Of a stretch of 64,000 nt of DNA, positions 37,094 through 47,432 are shown piece after piece. A program made the translations under genes and the position numbers. This stretch comes from an uncultured Rhodospirillales bacterium. Its GTDB lineage: Bacteria; Pseudomonadota; Alphaproteobacteria; Acetobacterales; Acetobacteraceae. The notes below the pieces were generated by a model. The model was not told the DNA's origin. It did no database searches and worked only from the letters and a program-made list of their open reading frames with translations. Positions within the stretch are counted from its first letter, which is position 1; every line of letters begins with the position of its first letter. The DNA lies in contig CAIYCW010000042.1 in the NCBI GenBank assembly GCA_903924855.1, positions 2,464 to 66,463 on the forward strand, given 5' to 3'.

Positions 37094-37337
37094 AACAAAT
37101 CTAGACCATATTTTGCGTTTTGAACTGTAGATAACATCAATAATAATTTGTGTTTTTTGAATAAGTGGGGCTGTTTCTATTTTAAAAAATGACATTTGAT
37201 TGAATATCAAAAGTTCTGGGCGAATGTAGCGGCGCTGCCAAGGTTCAGGCTTGATCCGCCAGACATCTCAGCCATCCCAGACATGCCTCGACAGCCAGCC
37301 CGCCAATGCCCACATAGGCAGGGCAACATTGGGCAGC

Positions 37338-39500
37338 ATGATGGATCAGATCGCGCGTTTCATGCCGGTGCGACAGCCGGCCAAGGCGGCCACCCGCGTG
37401 CTGCGCGTGGTGTCGGACTATGAACCCGCGGGCGATCAGCCAACCGCCATCAAAACCCTGGTCGAAGGCCTCAACGCCGGCGAGCGGGATCAGGTGCTGC
37501 TCGGCGTCACCGGATCGGGCAAGACCTTCACCATCGCCAAATGCATCGAGGCGGTGCAGCGCCCCACGCTGATCCTGGCGCCCAACAAGACCTTGGCCGC
37601 CCAGCTCTATGGGGAGATGAAGTCGTTCTTCCCAGACAATGCTGTAGAATATTTTGTATCATACTATGATTATTACCAGCCCGAGGCCTATGTCCCGCGC
37701 ACCGACACCTACATAGAAAAAGACAGCCAGATCAACGAACAGATCGACCGCATGCGCCACGCGGCAACCCAGGCGCTGCTGGAACGCAACGACGTGGTGA
37801 TCGTGGCCTCCGTCTCCTGCATCTACGGTATCGGCTCGGTCGAAACCTATGGCCGCATGGTGGTGAAGCTGGAGTTGGGCGGGCGCATCGATCGCGACCG
37901 GCTGGCCCGCGGCCTGGCCGAGCTGCAATACCGCCGCAACGACGCCGCCTTCGCCCGCGGCACATTCCGCCTGCGCGGCGACAATGTGGACATCTTCCCC
38001 GCCCATTACGAGGACCGCGCATGGCGCGTCACCCTGTTCGGGGACGAGATCGAGAGCATCCAGGAATTCGACCCGCTGACCGGCCACAAGACCGCCGATC
38101 TCAACGAGGTCACGATCTACCCGAACAGCCACTACGTCACACCCAGGCCAACGCTGACCCAGGCGATCCAGGGCATCAAGGTCGAGCTCAAGCAGCGCCT
38201 CGACCAGTTCGTGGCCGAAGGCAAGCTGCTGGAGGCCGAGCGCCTGCAGCAGCGCTGCACCTTCGACATGGAGATGATGGAGACCACCGGCTCCTGCAAA
38301 TCCATCGAGAACTATTCGCGCTACCTCTCCGGCCGCAACCCGGGCGAGCCGCCGCCCACCTTGTTCGAATACCTGCCGGAAAACGCCTTGCTGGTGGTCG
38401 ATGAAAGCCATGTCACGGTGCCGCAGATCGGCGGCATGGAGCGCGGCGACCATGCGCGCAAATCCATCCTGGCCGAATTCGGCTTCCGGCTGCCCTCCTG
38501 CATCGACAACCGCCCGCTGAAATTCGGCGAGTGGGAGGAATTCCGCCCACAGACCATCTTCGTCTCCGCCACACCCGGCCCGTGGGAGATGGAACGCACC
38601 GGCGGCAGCTTCGCCGAACAGGTGATCCGCCCCACCGGGCTGATCGACCCGGTGACCGAAATCCGCCCCGTCGAACACCAGGTCGATGACCTGCTGGGCG
38701 AGGTGAAGAAGGTCACAGCCCAGGGCGGGCGCGTTCTGGTGACGGTGCTGACCAAGCGCATGGCGGAGGATCTCACCGAATACCTCACCGAGCAGGGCAT
38801 CAAGGTCCGCTATCTGCACTCCGATGTGGACACGCTGGAGCGCATCGAGATCATCCGCGACCTGCGGCTTGGCGTGTTCGACGTGCTGATCGGCATCAAC
38901 CTGCTGCGCGAGGGGCTTGATATTCCGGAATGCGCGCTGGTGGCGATCCTGGATGCGGACAAGGAGGGCTTCCTGCGCTCCCAGACCTCACTGATCCAGA
39001 CCATCGGCCGCGCCGCGCGCAACGTGGATGGCCGGGTGATCCTCTACGCCGACACCATGACCCGCTCGCTGCGCTACGCCATCGAGGAGACCGAGCGCAG
39101 GCGCAACAAGCAGCGTTCCTGGAACGAGGCCAACGGCATCACGCCGATGTCGGTGAAAAAGCAGATCGGCCAGGTGCTGCAGACCGTCTTCGAGCAGGAT
39201 TATGTGACGGTGGAGCCGGTGGCGGATGGCGGGCTCACCGATTTCGTGGGCAAGGATCTCAAATCCACCATGGCGGAGCTGGAAAAGCGCATGCGCAAGG
39301 CCGCCGCCGATCTGGAGTTCGAGGAGGCGGCCCGCATCCGCGACGAGATCAAGCGCCTGGAGGCGCTCGATCTCGGCCTGCCGGCGCCGCCCGCCGCCTC
39401 CGCCACCGCCCGTCCGAAAAAGGACTGGACGCCCAAGCCTGGCGGTCCCGGCGGCGGCGGTTATGATCCCAGCAAGCGCAAGGGCAGGGGGCGGAAATGA
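37338..39500 (+). CDS. uvrB: Excinuclease ABC subunit B
   Basis: [11 protein letters not shown], Walker [11 protein letters not shown], helicase motifs and the C-terminal UVR domain ([20 protein letters not shown]). The ATG at 37338 was chosen. Confidence 0.9.
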   Translation: MMDQIARFMPVRQPAKAATRVLRVVSDYEPAGDQPTAIKTLVEGLNAGERDQVLLGVTGSGKTFTIAKCIEAVQRPTLILAPNKTLAAQLYGEMKSFFPDNAVEYFVSYYDYYQPEAYVPRTDTYIEKDSQINEQIDRMRHAATQALLERNDVVIVASVSCIYGIGSVETYGRMVVKLELGGRIDRDRLARGLAELQYRRNDAAFARGTFRLRGDNVDIFPAHYEDRAWRVTLFGDEIESIQEFDPLTGHKTADLNEVTIYPNSHYVTPRPTLTQAIQGIKVELKQRLDQFVAEGKLLEAERLQQRCTFDMEMMETTGSCKSIENYSRYLSGRNPGEPPPTLFEYLPENALLVVDESHVTVPQIGGMERGDHARKSILAEFGFRLPSCIDNRPLKFGEWEEFRPQTIFVSATPGPWEMERTGGSFAEQVIRPTGLIDPVTEIRPVEHQVDDLLGEVKKVTAQGGRVLVTVLTKRMAEDLTEYLTEQGIKVRYLHSDVDTLERIEIIRDLRLGVFDVLIGINLLREGLDIPECALVAILDADKEGFLRSQTSLIQTIGRAARNVDGRVILYADTMTRSLRYAIEETERRRNKQRSWNEANGITPMSVKKQIGQVLQTVFEQDYVTVEPVADGGLTDFVGKDLKSTMAELEKRMRKAAADLEFEEAARIRDEIKRLEALDLGLPAPPAASATARPKKDWTPKPGGPGGGGYDPSKRKGRGRK

Positions 39501-40366
39501 GCGTGATGCGGACATTCCAGGTGGCGGACATGACCATCCACCGCATCGTGGAAATGGAGATGCCCCTCCTGCCGGCGCTGGACATGCTGCCCGGCCTCAC
39601 GCCGGAGCTGCTCGCCGAGAACCGCGCCTGGCTGCAACCGCATGCGCTGACCGCGTCGGACGAGCTGATCCTGTGCTTCCAAAGCTACGTGGTGCGCACC
39701 CCGCACCACACCATCCTGCTCGACACCTGCATCGGCAACGACAAGGACCGCCCCCGCCCGTCCTGGAACCACAAGACCGACACGGTCTACATGGACCAGC
39801 TGGCAGCGCTCGGATTGCGGGTGGAGGACATCGACTATGTGATGTGCTCGCATTTCCACGCCGATCATGTCGGCTGGAACACGCGCCTGCTGGACGGGCG
39901 CTACGTGCCCACCTTCCCCAATGCCCGCTACGTCTTCGCCGCCGAGGAGCTGGCGGCCTGGGAGGCCAAGCACAGCCTGGCGCCTGTGGTGCCGTTTGCG
40001 GACAGCGTGCTGCCGGTGATCGAAGCAGGCCAGGCGGATATCGTCTCCGCCACCCATCAGCTCGGCGATCATCTGCGCCTGCAGCCCACCCCGGGTCACA
40101 CCGAAGGCCATGTGGCCGTGGCGCTGGGCCGCACCGGCACCGAGGCGGTGTTCACCGGCGATCTCATCCACTCCCCCCTGCAGGCGCGGTATCCGGAGCT
40201 GTCGCCGCGCTTTGATGTCGATCCCGCCCAGGCGGCGCTCACCCGCCGGGCCTTCCTCGAACGCTATTGCGACACGCAAACCCTGTGCTGCACGGCGCAT
40301 TTCCCCTCTCCCTCCATCGGGCGCATCACGCGCTGGGGGGATGGTTTCCGCTGCGATCCGGTGTAG
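39497..40366 (+). CDS. MBL-fold metallo-hydrolase
   Basis: HxHxDH motif ([10 protein letters not shown]) and downstream His/Asp ligands (TPGHTEGH). ATGA overlap with the uvrB stop. Confidence 0.8.
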   Translation: MSVMRTFQVADMTIHRIVEMEMPLLPALDMLPGLTPELLAENRAWLQPHALTASDELILCFQSYVVRTPHHTILLDTCIGNDKDRPRPSWNHKTDTVYMDQLAALGLRVEDIDYVMCSHFHADHVGWNTRLLDGRYVPTFPNARYVFAAEELAAWEAKHSLAPVVPFADSVLPVIEAGQADIVSATHQLGDHLRLQPTPGHTEGHVAVALGRTGTEAVFTGDLIHSPLQARYPELSPRFDVDPAQAALTRRAFLERYCDTQTLCCTAHFPSPSIGRITRWGDGFRCDPV

Positions 40367-40435
40367 CTGGCAGGCTGCGATTTACCCAAGCGGTGCCATG
40401 ACCTATATCGGCCCCGAAACCAGCCGCGAGCGAGC

Positions 40436-41908
40436 ATGACCAAGCCTTTGTCCGACACGCGCCTGCTCTGGCTGATCATGGGGGCTGGCTTCCTGCTGCG
40501 CCTGGCGCTGTGGTTCGCCTTGCCCAATGTTGTCCACAACGATGAAAGCATGCAGGGCTTCGAACAGGCCTATCGCCTGCTCACCGGCCATGGCCTGGTG
40601 CCGTGGGAATACCAGATCGGCGCGCGCTCCTGGCTGCTGCCCGGGCTGATGGCACCGCTGATGGCCGTGCCGATGGCGCTGTCATCCAGCCCGGAGATTG
40701 CGATCAACTTCGTTCATGCCATACCAGCCGCGTTCTCCTGTGTGACCATCTGGGCGGCCTATCGCATCGCCCGCCCGTTCGGCCGCAGCTCCGCGCTGTG
40801 GGCGGCCGGGCTCAACGCCATCTGGGGCGAGAATCTCTATTTCGGCCCGCATGCCGCGGTGGACAGCTTTGCGGCCATCCTGCTGATCGCAGCCCTCGCC
40901 GTGGGGCTTGCGAGCGATCCGGAACGCGGCAGGCCCGGGCGCTGGGCGTTGGCCGGCCTGTTGTTCGGCCTTGATCTTGTCTTCCGCGTGCAACTCGCCC
41001 CTGCCATCGCGGTTGCCATCTTCGGCCTGTGCGGACTGCGGATTGCGCGGCTGATCCCGCTGTCGCTGGGCTTTGCCGTGCCGGTGCTGGCGCTGGGGCT
41101 GCTGGACTGGGCCAGCTGGGGTGTGCCGTTCGGCTCGGTCTACACCTATGTGCTGGCCAACAGCACCGGCGTGTCGCAGGCCTATGGGGTGGAGCCCTGG
41201 TGGTATTACCTTTGGTATCAGACCCGCGGCTGGACCATCGGCATTCCGCTGCTCGCCATCACCGCCTGGCTGGGCGCCACCCGGCTGCTTCTGCCGGCAC
41301 TGGTGGCACTCACGGTGCTGCTGACCTTCAACCTGGTGGGCCACAAGGAATACCGCTTCATCTACCCGGCCATCCCGCTGCTGATCACGCTGTGCGGCAT
41401 CGGCAGTGCCCGGCTGCTGGAAAGGCTGCGTGTGGGGCCCGCAGCCCTGCGCCCGATGCTGCTGGCCGGCGCCTGGCTTCTGTGTTCGGCCGCGGTGTCG
41501 ATCAGCCCCGAGATGCGCAACCTGTTCCAGCGCGAGCGCGGCACGTTCCAGGCCCTGCGCAGCGTCAACAACGACCCGGCTGCCTGCGGACTGGGGATTG
41601 ACGGCACCAACTGGGCCCGCACCGGCTATTTCCACCTCCGCGCCGACATGTCGCTGTTTCAGGTCACGCCGGAGACGCTGGCCCAGGAAAAACCCGCCTT
41701 CAACTACATCATCGCCTTCCGCAACAGACAGGCCGCCCCGCTTTACACGGCACAGGGTTATGATCTGCTGTTCTGCACCGAAGGCAACATCAACTGCGTC
41801 TTCAAACGCCCTGGCCCCTGCGATGCCAAGCCGGGCGCGCCGCTGCAGGCGTTGACCGACCCGGACGCCAAGGCGGCGCTGGAGCGCCAGGGCTTCAAGG
41901 TGTACTGA
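40436..41908 (+). CDS. GT-C fold membrane glycosyltransferase (Alg9/PIG-B/PimE-like mannosyltransferase family, GT22-like)
   Basis: 490 aa with more than 10 predicted TM segments. The first-loop motif HNDESMQGFEQAYRL resembles the GT22 HPDExFQ..E signature. Confidence 0.6.
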   Translation: MTKPLSDTRLLWLIMGAGFLLRLALWFALPNVVHNDESMQGFEQAYRLLTGHGLVPWEYQIGARSWLLPGLMAPLMAVPMALSSSPEIAINFVHAIPAAFSCVTIWAAYRIARPFGRSSALWAAGLNAIWGENLYFGPHAAVDSFAAILLIAALAVGLASDPERGRPGRWALAGLLFGLDLVFRVQLAPAIAVAIFGLCGLRIARLIPLSLGFAVPVLALGLLDWASWGVPFGSVYTYVLANSTGVSQAYGVEPWWYYLWYQTRGWTIGIPLLAITAWLGATRLLLPALVALTVLLTFNLVGHKEYRFIYPAIPLLITLCGIGSARLLERLRVGPAALRPMLLAGAWLLCSAAVSISPEMRNLFQRERGTFQALRSVNNDPAACGLGIDGTNWARTGYFHLRADMSLFQVTPETLAQEKPAFNYIIAFRNRQAAPLYTAQGYDLLFCTEGNINCVFKRPGPCDAKPGAPLQALTDPDAKAALERQGFKVY

Positions 41909-42006
41909 GGGACGTCATACCAGGATGGTGCTGGCCTGGATAATGTTATCCGACGGTTCATAAACCATTGAGATTAAAGCATTTATCCAATGTTTGTATT
42001 GTCTGC

Positions 42007-42080
42007 TCGATTTCAAAGCTGCGTCAAGGGCGCTGCGCGCCGGCGAAGCCGGTAAACCCTTGACGCAGCTTTGAAATCGA
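42007..42080. repeat. Perfect 24-bp inverted repeat with a 26-nt spacer
   Basis: TCGATTTCAAAGCTGCGTCAAGGG (42007-42030) is the exact reverse complement of 42057-42080. The right arm is derived from vapC coding sequence. Confidence 0.85.
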
Positions 42081-42241
42081 GAACACCGCTGACATCGGAT
42101 CAATGCACAGGTGAATGCTGATCGCGGCCAAACCGCTTAAAGTCTCACCAGGGTGGTGCGAGCATCAATCGCCCGCTGGGACTCCGCCATCTTCGCATCC
42201 TCCGAGACCACCAGCACAGAGGTGTCAAGATAGAGGATCAA
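42031..42241 (-). pseudogene. vapC: Decayed vapC (PIN-domain toxin) remnant
   Basis: A TTG overlapping the antitoxin stop (ATTGA) opens LILYLDTSVLVV...TTLVRL then TAA after 34 codons. The next frame continues with LAAIS...SAVFSISKLRQG, which resembles the conserved VapC mid-region, then runs into the inverted duplication. Confidence 0.5.
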
Positions 42242-42486
42242 TAGCGTGCGTCGTCTCGGAGATAACGGACCGCATCGAAATCCTTGTCAGCCCCGTCAGG
42301 AGCCGGATGTGCCGCAATCAAAGCCCGCAACGCCGCGACGTCGATCGGCTTGTGCGTCGCCTCCACAGCCATCAGCCGCGCCACCGGCTTGCCGCGGCGG
42401 GTGATCGTCACCGTCTCACCGGAATTGGCCTGATCGATCAGCGCGCTCAGCTGCGCCCGGGCATCAGCAATGGACACGTTCGGCAT
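42238..42486 (-). CDS. Type II toxin-antitoxin system Phd/YefM family antitoxin
   Basis: MPNVSIADARAQLSALIDQANSGETVTITRRGKPVARLM is the classic Phd/YefM N-terminus. The ATG at 42486 was chosen. Confidence 0.75.
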   Translation of the reverse strand: MPNVSIADARAQLSALIDQANSGETVTITRRGKPVARLMAVEATHKPIDVAALRALIAAHPAPDGADKDFDAVRYLRDDARY

Positions 42487-42555
42487 GGCACATCTCCTGA
42501 CCATCCAGATGGTCACAGATATAGCGTTCGCACGCCATACGGGCCAGTACAGGGA

Positions 42556-43296
42556 TCAGCCAGCCTTCACCGCGCCAATCAGAAACTCATGATTGCCCTC
42601 AGGCCCGGTGATCGGGCTTTCCTCGATCCCTTGCACCTCCCAGCCGGGAAGCTGGCTCCACCAGCCGCGCACCCGTGCGCAGACCTCCGCCCACACCGCC
42701 GGATCGCGCACCACACCCTTCGCCCCCACCTGACCCGGCCCCGCCTCGAATTGTGGCTTGATCAGCGCGATCGCCCAGGCGCCCGGCGCACATAGCGCAA
42801 GCGGGTTGGGCAGCAAGGTGGCAAGCCCGATGAAGCTCGCATCACACACCAGCGCCTCGATCGGATCGGCGATGATCTCAGCGGTCAGATGCCGCGCATT
42901 GGTCTTTTCATACACCACCACGCGCGGATCGCTGCGCAGCTTCCAGGCCAACTGGCCGTGGCCCACATCCACCGCATGCACGCGCGCGGCCCCGTTCGTC
43001 AGCAGCACATCGGTGAACCCGCCGGTCGAAGCCCCCACATCGATGCAGACCCGGCCTTTCGCCTCAAAGCCGAAATGCGCGAGACCATGCGCCAGCTTCA
43101 GCCCGCCGCGTGACACCCAGGGGTGATCCTGCCCCTTCACCTCCAGCGGTGCGTCCTCGGCCAGCGCCTGCCCAGCCTTCTCCACCCGCCGATCGCCGGA
43201 ATATACCTTGCCGGCCAGGATCAACGCCTGCGCCCGCGTGCGGCTTTCCACCAGCCCCCGATCAACCAGCAGCTGATCGGCGCGTGGCTTCGCCAC
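42556..43296 (-). CDS. tlyA: TlyA family rRNA (cytidine-2'-O)-methyltransferase
   Basis: S4 domain (RADQLLVDRGLVESRTRAQALILAGKV) plus an FtsJ-like domain (CIDVGASTGGFTDVLL). GTG start at 43296. Confidence 0.85.
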   Translation of the reverse strand: MAKPRADQLLVDRGLVESRTRAQALILAGKVYSGDRRVEKAGQALAEDAPLEVKGQDHPWVSRGGLKLAHGLAHFGFEAKGRVCIDVGASTGGFTDVLLTNGAARVHAVDVGHGQLAWKLRSDPRVVVYEKTNARHLTAEIIADPIEALVCDASFIGLATLLPNPLALCAPGAWAIALIKPQFEAGPGQVGAKGVVRDPAVWAEVCARVRGWWSQLPGWEVQGIEESPITGPEGNHEFLIGAVKAG

Positions 43297-45203
43297 TAGC
43301 CGCGTGCGGCGCGGATGGTCGCCACGATGTCGGCGGCGGTCAGCCCGGCGTCGATCATCTGCTTGGCCGGCGCGTCATGCTCCAGGAACCGGTCCGGCAG
43401 CGTCATCGGCCGGAATTTCAGCTTGCCGTCCAGCAGGCCCGCCAGCGCCAGATGCTGCATCACGGCGGCTGCGAACCCGCCGACCGAACCATCCTCGATG
43501 GTGACCATCACCGCATGGTTGCGCGCCAGATTGTCGATCATCACGGTGTCCAGAGGCTTCATGAAGCGCGCATCGGCCACTGTGCACTCGATCCCCTCGG
43601 CCGCCAGCAGCTCGGCCGCCGCCTTCGCCTCATACAGCCGCGTGCCCAGCGCCAGGATCGCCACGTCGGCGCCCTCGCGCACAATCCGCCCCTGGCCGAG
43701 GCGCAGTATCTCGCCATGCTTGGGCAGTTCCAGCCCGAACCCCTCGCCACGCGGATAGCGGAACGCGCTCGGACGGTCGTTGATCGCAGCCGCCGTCGCC
43801 ACCGCGTGCATCAGCTCCACCTCATCGGACGGCGCCATGATCACCATGCCCGGCAGACAGCCGAGATAGGCCAGATCGAACGAGCCCGCATGGGTCGCCC
43901 CATCGGCGCCCACCGGCCCCGCACGGTCGATGGCGAAGCGCACCGGCAGCGACTGGATCGCCACGTCATGCACCACCTGGTCATAGGCGCGCTGCAGGAA
44001 GGTGGAATAGATCGCGCAGAACGGCGCCATCCCTTCGGAGGCCATGCCGGCGGCAAACGTCACCGCGTGCTGCTCGGCAATGCCCACATCGAAGGTGCGA
44101 TCCGGATAGGCCTTGCCGAACGCATCCAGCCCCGTGCCCGACGGCATGGCGGCGGTGATCGCAACGATATCCGTGTTGCGGCTGGCCTCGTCGATCAGCG
44201 CGTTGGCGAACACCTTGGTGTAGGTCGGCGGGCCCGGCGGTGCCTTCACCTGCTCCCCGGTCTCCACGTTGAATTTCGCCACCGCATGCAGCTTGTCGGC
44301 CGAGGCCTCCGCCGGCGCGTAGCCATGGCCCTTCTGGGTGATGGCGTGGATCAGGATCGGGCCATGCTCGTCCGCCTCGCGCACATTGCGCAGGATCGGC
44401 AGCAGATGCTCCAGATTGTGGCCATCGATCGGGCCCACATAGTAGAAGCCCAGCTCCTCGAACAGCGTGCCGCCGGTCAGCATGCCGCGGGCATATTCCT
44501 CCGCCCGCCGCGCCGTGCGCTCGATGCCTTTCGGGAATTTCTTTGCCATCTTGATGGCGATGTCGCGCAGCGACATGAAGCTCTGCGACGACAGCAGACG
44601 CGACAGATAGGCGCTCATCGCCCCCACCGGCGGGGCGATCGACATGTCGTTGTCGTTCAGCACCACAACCAGGCGCGACTTCAGGGCCCCCGCATTGTTC
44701 ATCGCCTCATAGGCCATGCCGGCCGAGATCGAGCCATCGCCGATCACCGCCACCACGTTGCGCGGCCGGCCCTGCATCTGCGAGGCCACCGCCATGCCAA
44801 GACCCGCCGAGATTGAGGTGGAGGAATGGCCGGCGCCGAACGGGTCGTATTCGCTCTCGGCGCGGCGCGTGAAGCCGGCAAGACCGCCACCCTGGCGGAT
44901 GGTGCGGATGCGGTCGCGCCGCCCGCAGAGGATCTTATGCGGATAGGTCTGATGACCCACATCCCAGATCAGCCGGTCATGCGGGGTGTCGAACACGGCA
45001 TGCAGCGCCACCGTCAGCTCCACCACGCCGAGCGAGGCGCCCAGATGGCCGCCGGTTGTGGAGACGGCATGGATGGTTTCGGCGCGCAGTTCGCTCGCCA
45101 GCGCCTGCAGCTGCTCGATCGAGAAATTGCGCATATCCGCCGGGAACCGCACGCGATCCAGCGTGGGGGTGGCGGGGCGGGGAGCGGTAACCGGGGCGTT
45201 CAT
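43296..45203 (-). CDS. dxs: 1-deoxy-D-xylulose-5-phosphate synthase
   Basis: 635 aa with [17 protein letters not shown], the ThDP motif [20 protein letters not shown] and transketolase-like domains. Confidence 0.9.
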   Translation of the reverse strand: MNAPVTAPRPATPTLDRVRFPADMRNFSIEQLQALASELRAETIHAVSTTGGHLGASLGVVELTVALHAVFDTPHDRLIWDVGHQTYPHKILCGRRDRIRTIRQGGGLAGFTRRAESEYDPFGAGHSSTSISAGLGMAVASQMQGRPRNVVAVIGDGSISAGMAYEAMNNAGALKSRLVVVLNDNDMSIAPPVGAMSAYLSRLLSSQSFMSLRDIAIKMAKKFPKGIERTARRAEEYARGMLTGGTLFEELGFYYVGPIDGHNLEHLLPILRNVREADEHGPILIHAITQKGHGYAPAEASADKLHAVAKFNVETGEQVKAPPGPPTYTKVFANALIDEASRNTDIVAITAAMPSGTGLDAFGKAYPDRTFDVGIAEQHAVTFAAGMASEGMAPFCAIYSTFLQRAYDQVVHDVAIQSLPVRFAIDRAGPVGADGATHAGSFDLAYLGCLPGMVIMAPSDEVELMHAVATAAAINDRPSAFRYPRGEGFGLELPKHGEILRLGQGRIVREGADVAILALGTRLYEAKAAAELLAAEGIECTVADARFMKPLDTVMIDNLARNHAVMVTIEDGSVGGFAAAVMQHLALAGLLDGKLKFRPMTLPDRFLEHDAPAKQMIDAGLTAADIVATIRAARG

Positions 45204-45209
45204 GTGTGC

Positions 45210-46109
45210 TTAGCTCTTTCGGGCGACGACAAGGGCTGCCAGTTCGCGCAGCAGGTGGGATTTTTCGCCAAAGCTTTCGAGATGTTCCGCAGCCTGGCGC
45301 GACAGCATATCCGCCTGCAGCTTGGCGCGTTCCAGCCCAAGAATCGAGACCAACGTGGCCTTGCCGGCGGCGGCATCCTTGCCGGTGGCCTTGCCGACAT
45401 CCTCGGCCGTGCCCTCGACATCCAGAATGTCATCGGCGATCTGGAATGCAGCGCCCACATCGCGGCCGTAGCTGACCAGCAGATGGCGCTGCATCGGGTT
45501 GGCTCGCCCCAGAATGGCGCCGGCCTCGGCGGAATACTGAATAAGCCTGCCGGTCTTCAGCGCCTGCAGCCGGCCGATCTCATCGGCTGTCAGTGTTTTG
45601 CCTTCGGAGGCGATGTCGATCATCTGGCCGCCCACCATGCCGCGGGCGCCTGCCGCATGGCCCAACGCCACCACCAGCTCGCAGCGCGCCTCCGGGTTGG
45701 AATGCGTGTCCGGCTCGGCCAGCACCTCAAAGGCGCGGGTCAGCAGCGCATCACCGGCCAGAATGGCGGTCGCCTCGTCGAACGCCTTGTGCGTGCTGGG
45801 CTTGCCGCGGCGCATGTCGTCGTCATCCATCGCGGGCAGATCGTCATGCACCAGCGAATAGGCGTGCAGCATCTCTACCGAGGCTGCGACACGCGCCGAG
45901 CAGCGGCGGTCAACGCCGAACAGGGAAGCGGTCTCCATCACCATGAAGGCGCGCATCCGCTTGCCGCCGCCCATCACCGCGTAGCGCATGGCGTTGACCA
46001 CGCGCGCCTCGGCGCCATCCGGCATCGGCAGCAGATCATCAAGGGCTGCTTCCACCTCGCGCGCGGTCTGCGCCAGCGCGTCGGTGAGGGAGAGTGTGGT
46101 GATGGTCAT
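45210..46109 (-). CDS. ispA: Polyprenyl (farnesyl/geranylgeranyl) diphosphate synthase
   Basis: First Asp-rich motif LVHDDLPAMDDDDMRRGKP and second motif FQIADDILD. Confidence 0.85.
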   Translation of the reverse strand: MTITTLSLTDALAQTAREVEAALDDLLPMPDGAEARVVNAMRYAVMGGGKRMRAFMVMETASLFGVDRRCSARVAASVEMLHAYSLVHDDLPAMDDDDMRRGKPSTHKAFDEATAILAGDALLTRAFEVLAEPDTHSNPEARCELVVALGHAAGARGMVGGQMIDIASEGKTLTADEIGRLQALKTGRLIQYSAEAGAILGRANPMQRHLLVSYGRDVGAAFQIADDILDVEGTAEDVGKATGKDAAAGKATLVSILGLERAKLQADMLSRQAAEHLESFGEKSHLLRELAALVVARKS

Positions 46110-46112
46110 GGC

Positions 46113-46361
46113 TCAGCTTTCCGTTTTCAGGCCGAGACTGCCATCGGCATTGGCGACAATGGCCTGCACGCGCGCATCCGCCTCGGCCAGCTTGGCCTCG
46201 CAATGCGCCCGCAGCGCAGCGCCGCGTTCATACGCCGCGATGGCGTCCTCCAGCTTCTGCTGGCCGCCCTCCAGGCCGCGGACGATGCGTTCCAGCTCGG
46301 AGAGCGCATCCTCGAACGACATGGTGGCGATTTCGGGTCCAACCGGACTGGTGGCAGACAT
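46113..46361 (-). CDS. xseB: Exodeoxyribonuclease VII small subunit
   Basis: MSFEDALSELERIVRGLEGGQQKLEDAIAAYERG is the XseB signature. The ATG at 46361 was chosen within the longer ORF. Confidence 0.8.
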   Translation of the reverse strand: MSATSPVGPEIATMSFEDALSELERIVRGLEGGQQKLEDAIAAYERGAALRAHCEAKLAEADARVQAIVANADGSLGLKTES

Positions 46362-46502
46362 GCGGAATTCCCTTCCGGTCCGTGCCGTTGCACGGGAAGC
46401 CCTGCGTCCTAGCCAAATTGGGCCCGCGCGCCAACCCATTTTATCCTGGATCAGGATTGGCCAGGACACGATAGACACGGGACCGGACGTTTGCGCGTGT
46501 CT

Positions 46503-47432
46503 TCAGGCGTGCATCAAGGCCCGCACATGCGCCGCCGCACTGGCCGCAAGCGCTGGCAAATCATAGCCACCCTCCAGCAGTGAGACGAGCCGGCCCTGGC
46601 ACACGCGGCGTGCGAGACCCAGCAACTCCCCGGTCAGCCAGCCATAATCCGCGGTCTCCACCAGCAGCTGCGCCAGCGGGTCGGCCCGGTGCGCGTCGAA
46701 GCCCGCCGAGACGATGATCATCTGCGGCGCAAACGCCTCCACCGCGGGGATGATCCGCGCCGACCAGGCTGCGCGGAATTCGGCACTGCCAGATCCTGGC
46801 GCCAACGGCACGTTGAGGATGTTGCCAAGCCCGGTCTCGTGCGCCGCCCCGGTGCCCGGGTAGCAGGGCGCCTGATGCGAGGACGCGTAGAACACCGAGG
46901 GGTCCGCCTCGAATATGTCCTGGCTGCCATTGCCGTGATGCACGTCGAAATCCAGGATCGCCACGCGGTGCAGCCCCCAGCGCGCCTGGGCGTGGCGGGC
47001 GGCGATGGCGGCGTTGGCGAACAGGCAGAACCCCATCGGCATGGCGCGCTCGGCGTGGTGGCCCGGCGGCCTCGTGGCGCAGAACGCGCTGCGCGCCCAC
47101 CCCTCCATCACCGCATCCACCGCCAGAATGGCGCCGCCCGCGGCCCGCAACGCGGCCTCGGCGCTGCCCTCGCTCATCACCGTGTCGGCATCGAGCATCA
47201 CCAGCTCGTTATCGGTCGGCCGTGTCGCCAGGATGCGATCGATATGTGGCTGCGGATGCACCAGCGCCAGCTGCGCCGCGGTGGCCAGCGGCGCCTGCTC
47301 GCGCAGCAGAGTGTGGAACTCCTCCCCCTCCAGCGCGCGCAGCACCACGCGCAGCCGGTCCGGGCATTCGGGGTGCCAAAGCCCGGTGTCATGCGCAAGG
47401 CAAGCCTGGTGGGTGATCAGCGCCACGCTCAT
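46503..47432 (-). CDS. Histone deacetylase family protein (HDAC/AcuC/acetylpolyamine amidohydrolase-like)
   Basis: RPPGHHAERAMPMGFCLFAN, DFDVHHGNGSQDIF and the C-terminal EGGYDL motif. Confidence 0.85.
   Translation of the reverse strand: MSVALITHQACLAHDTGLWHPECPDRLRVVLRALEGEEFHTLLREQAPLATAAQLALVHPQPHIDRILATRPTDNELVMLDADTVMSEGSAEAALRAAGGAILAVDAVMEGWARSAFCATRPPGHHAERAMPMGFCLFANAAIAARHAQARWGLHRVAILDFDVHHGNGSQDIFEADPSVFYASSHQAPCYPGTGAAHETGLGNILNVPLAPGSGSAEFRAAWSARIIPAVEAFAPQMIIVSAGFDAHRADPLAQLLVETADYGWLTGELLGLARRVCQGRLVSLLEGGYDLPALAASAAAHVRALMHA

Noticed and set aside
37120-37140. A candidate alphaproteobacterial SOS box upstream of uvrB (GAACTGTAGATAAC) was considered.
   Set aside because: It does not fit GAAC-N7-GAAC: the second half-site reads AACA/TAAC depending on spacing. 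The AT-rich region is more plausibly the promoter region of the divergent regulator.
41915-42103. A 62-aa minus-strand ORF spans the palindrome region downstream of the vapC remnant.
   Set aside because: It reads straight through both arms of the 24-bp inverted repeat and the AT-rich junk beyond. It has no start context or family resemblance, and it is best explained as a by-product of vapC decay.
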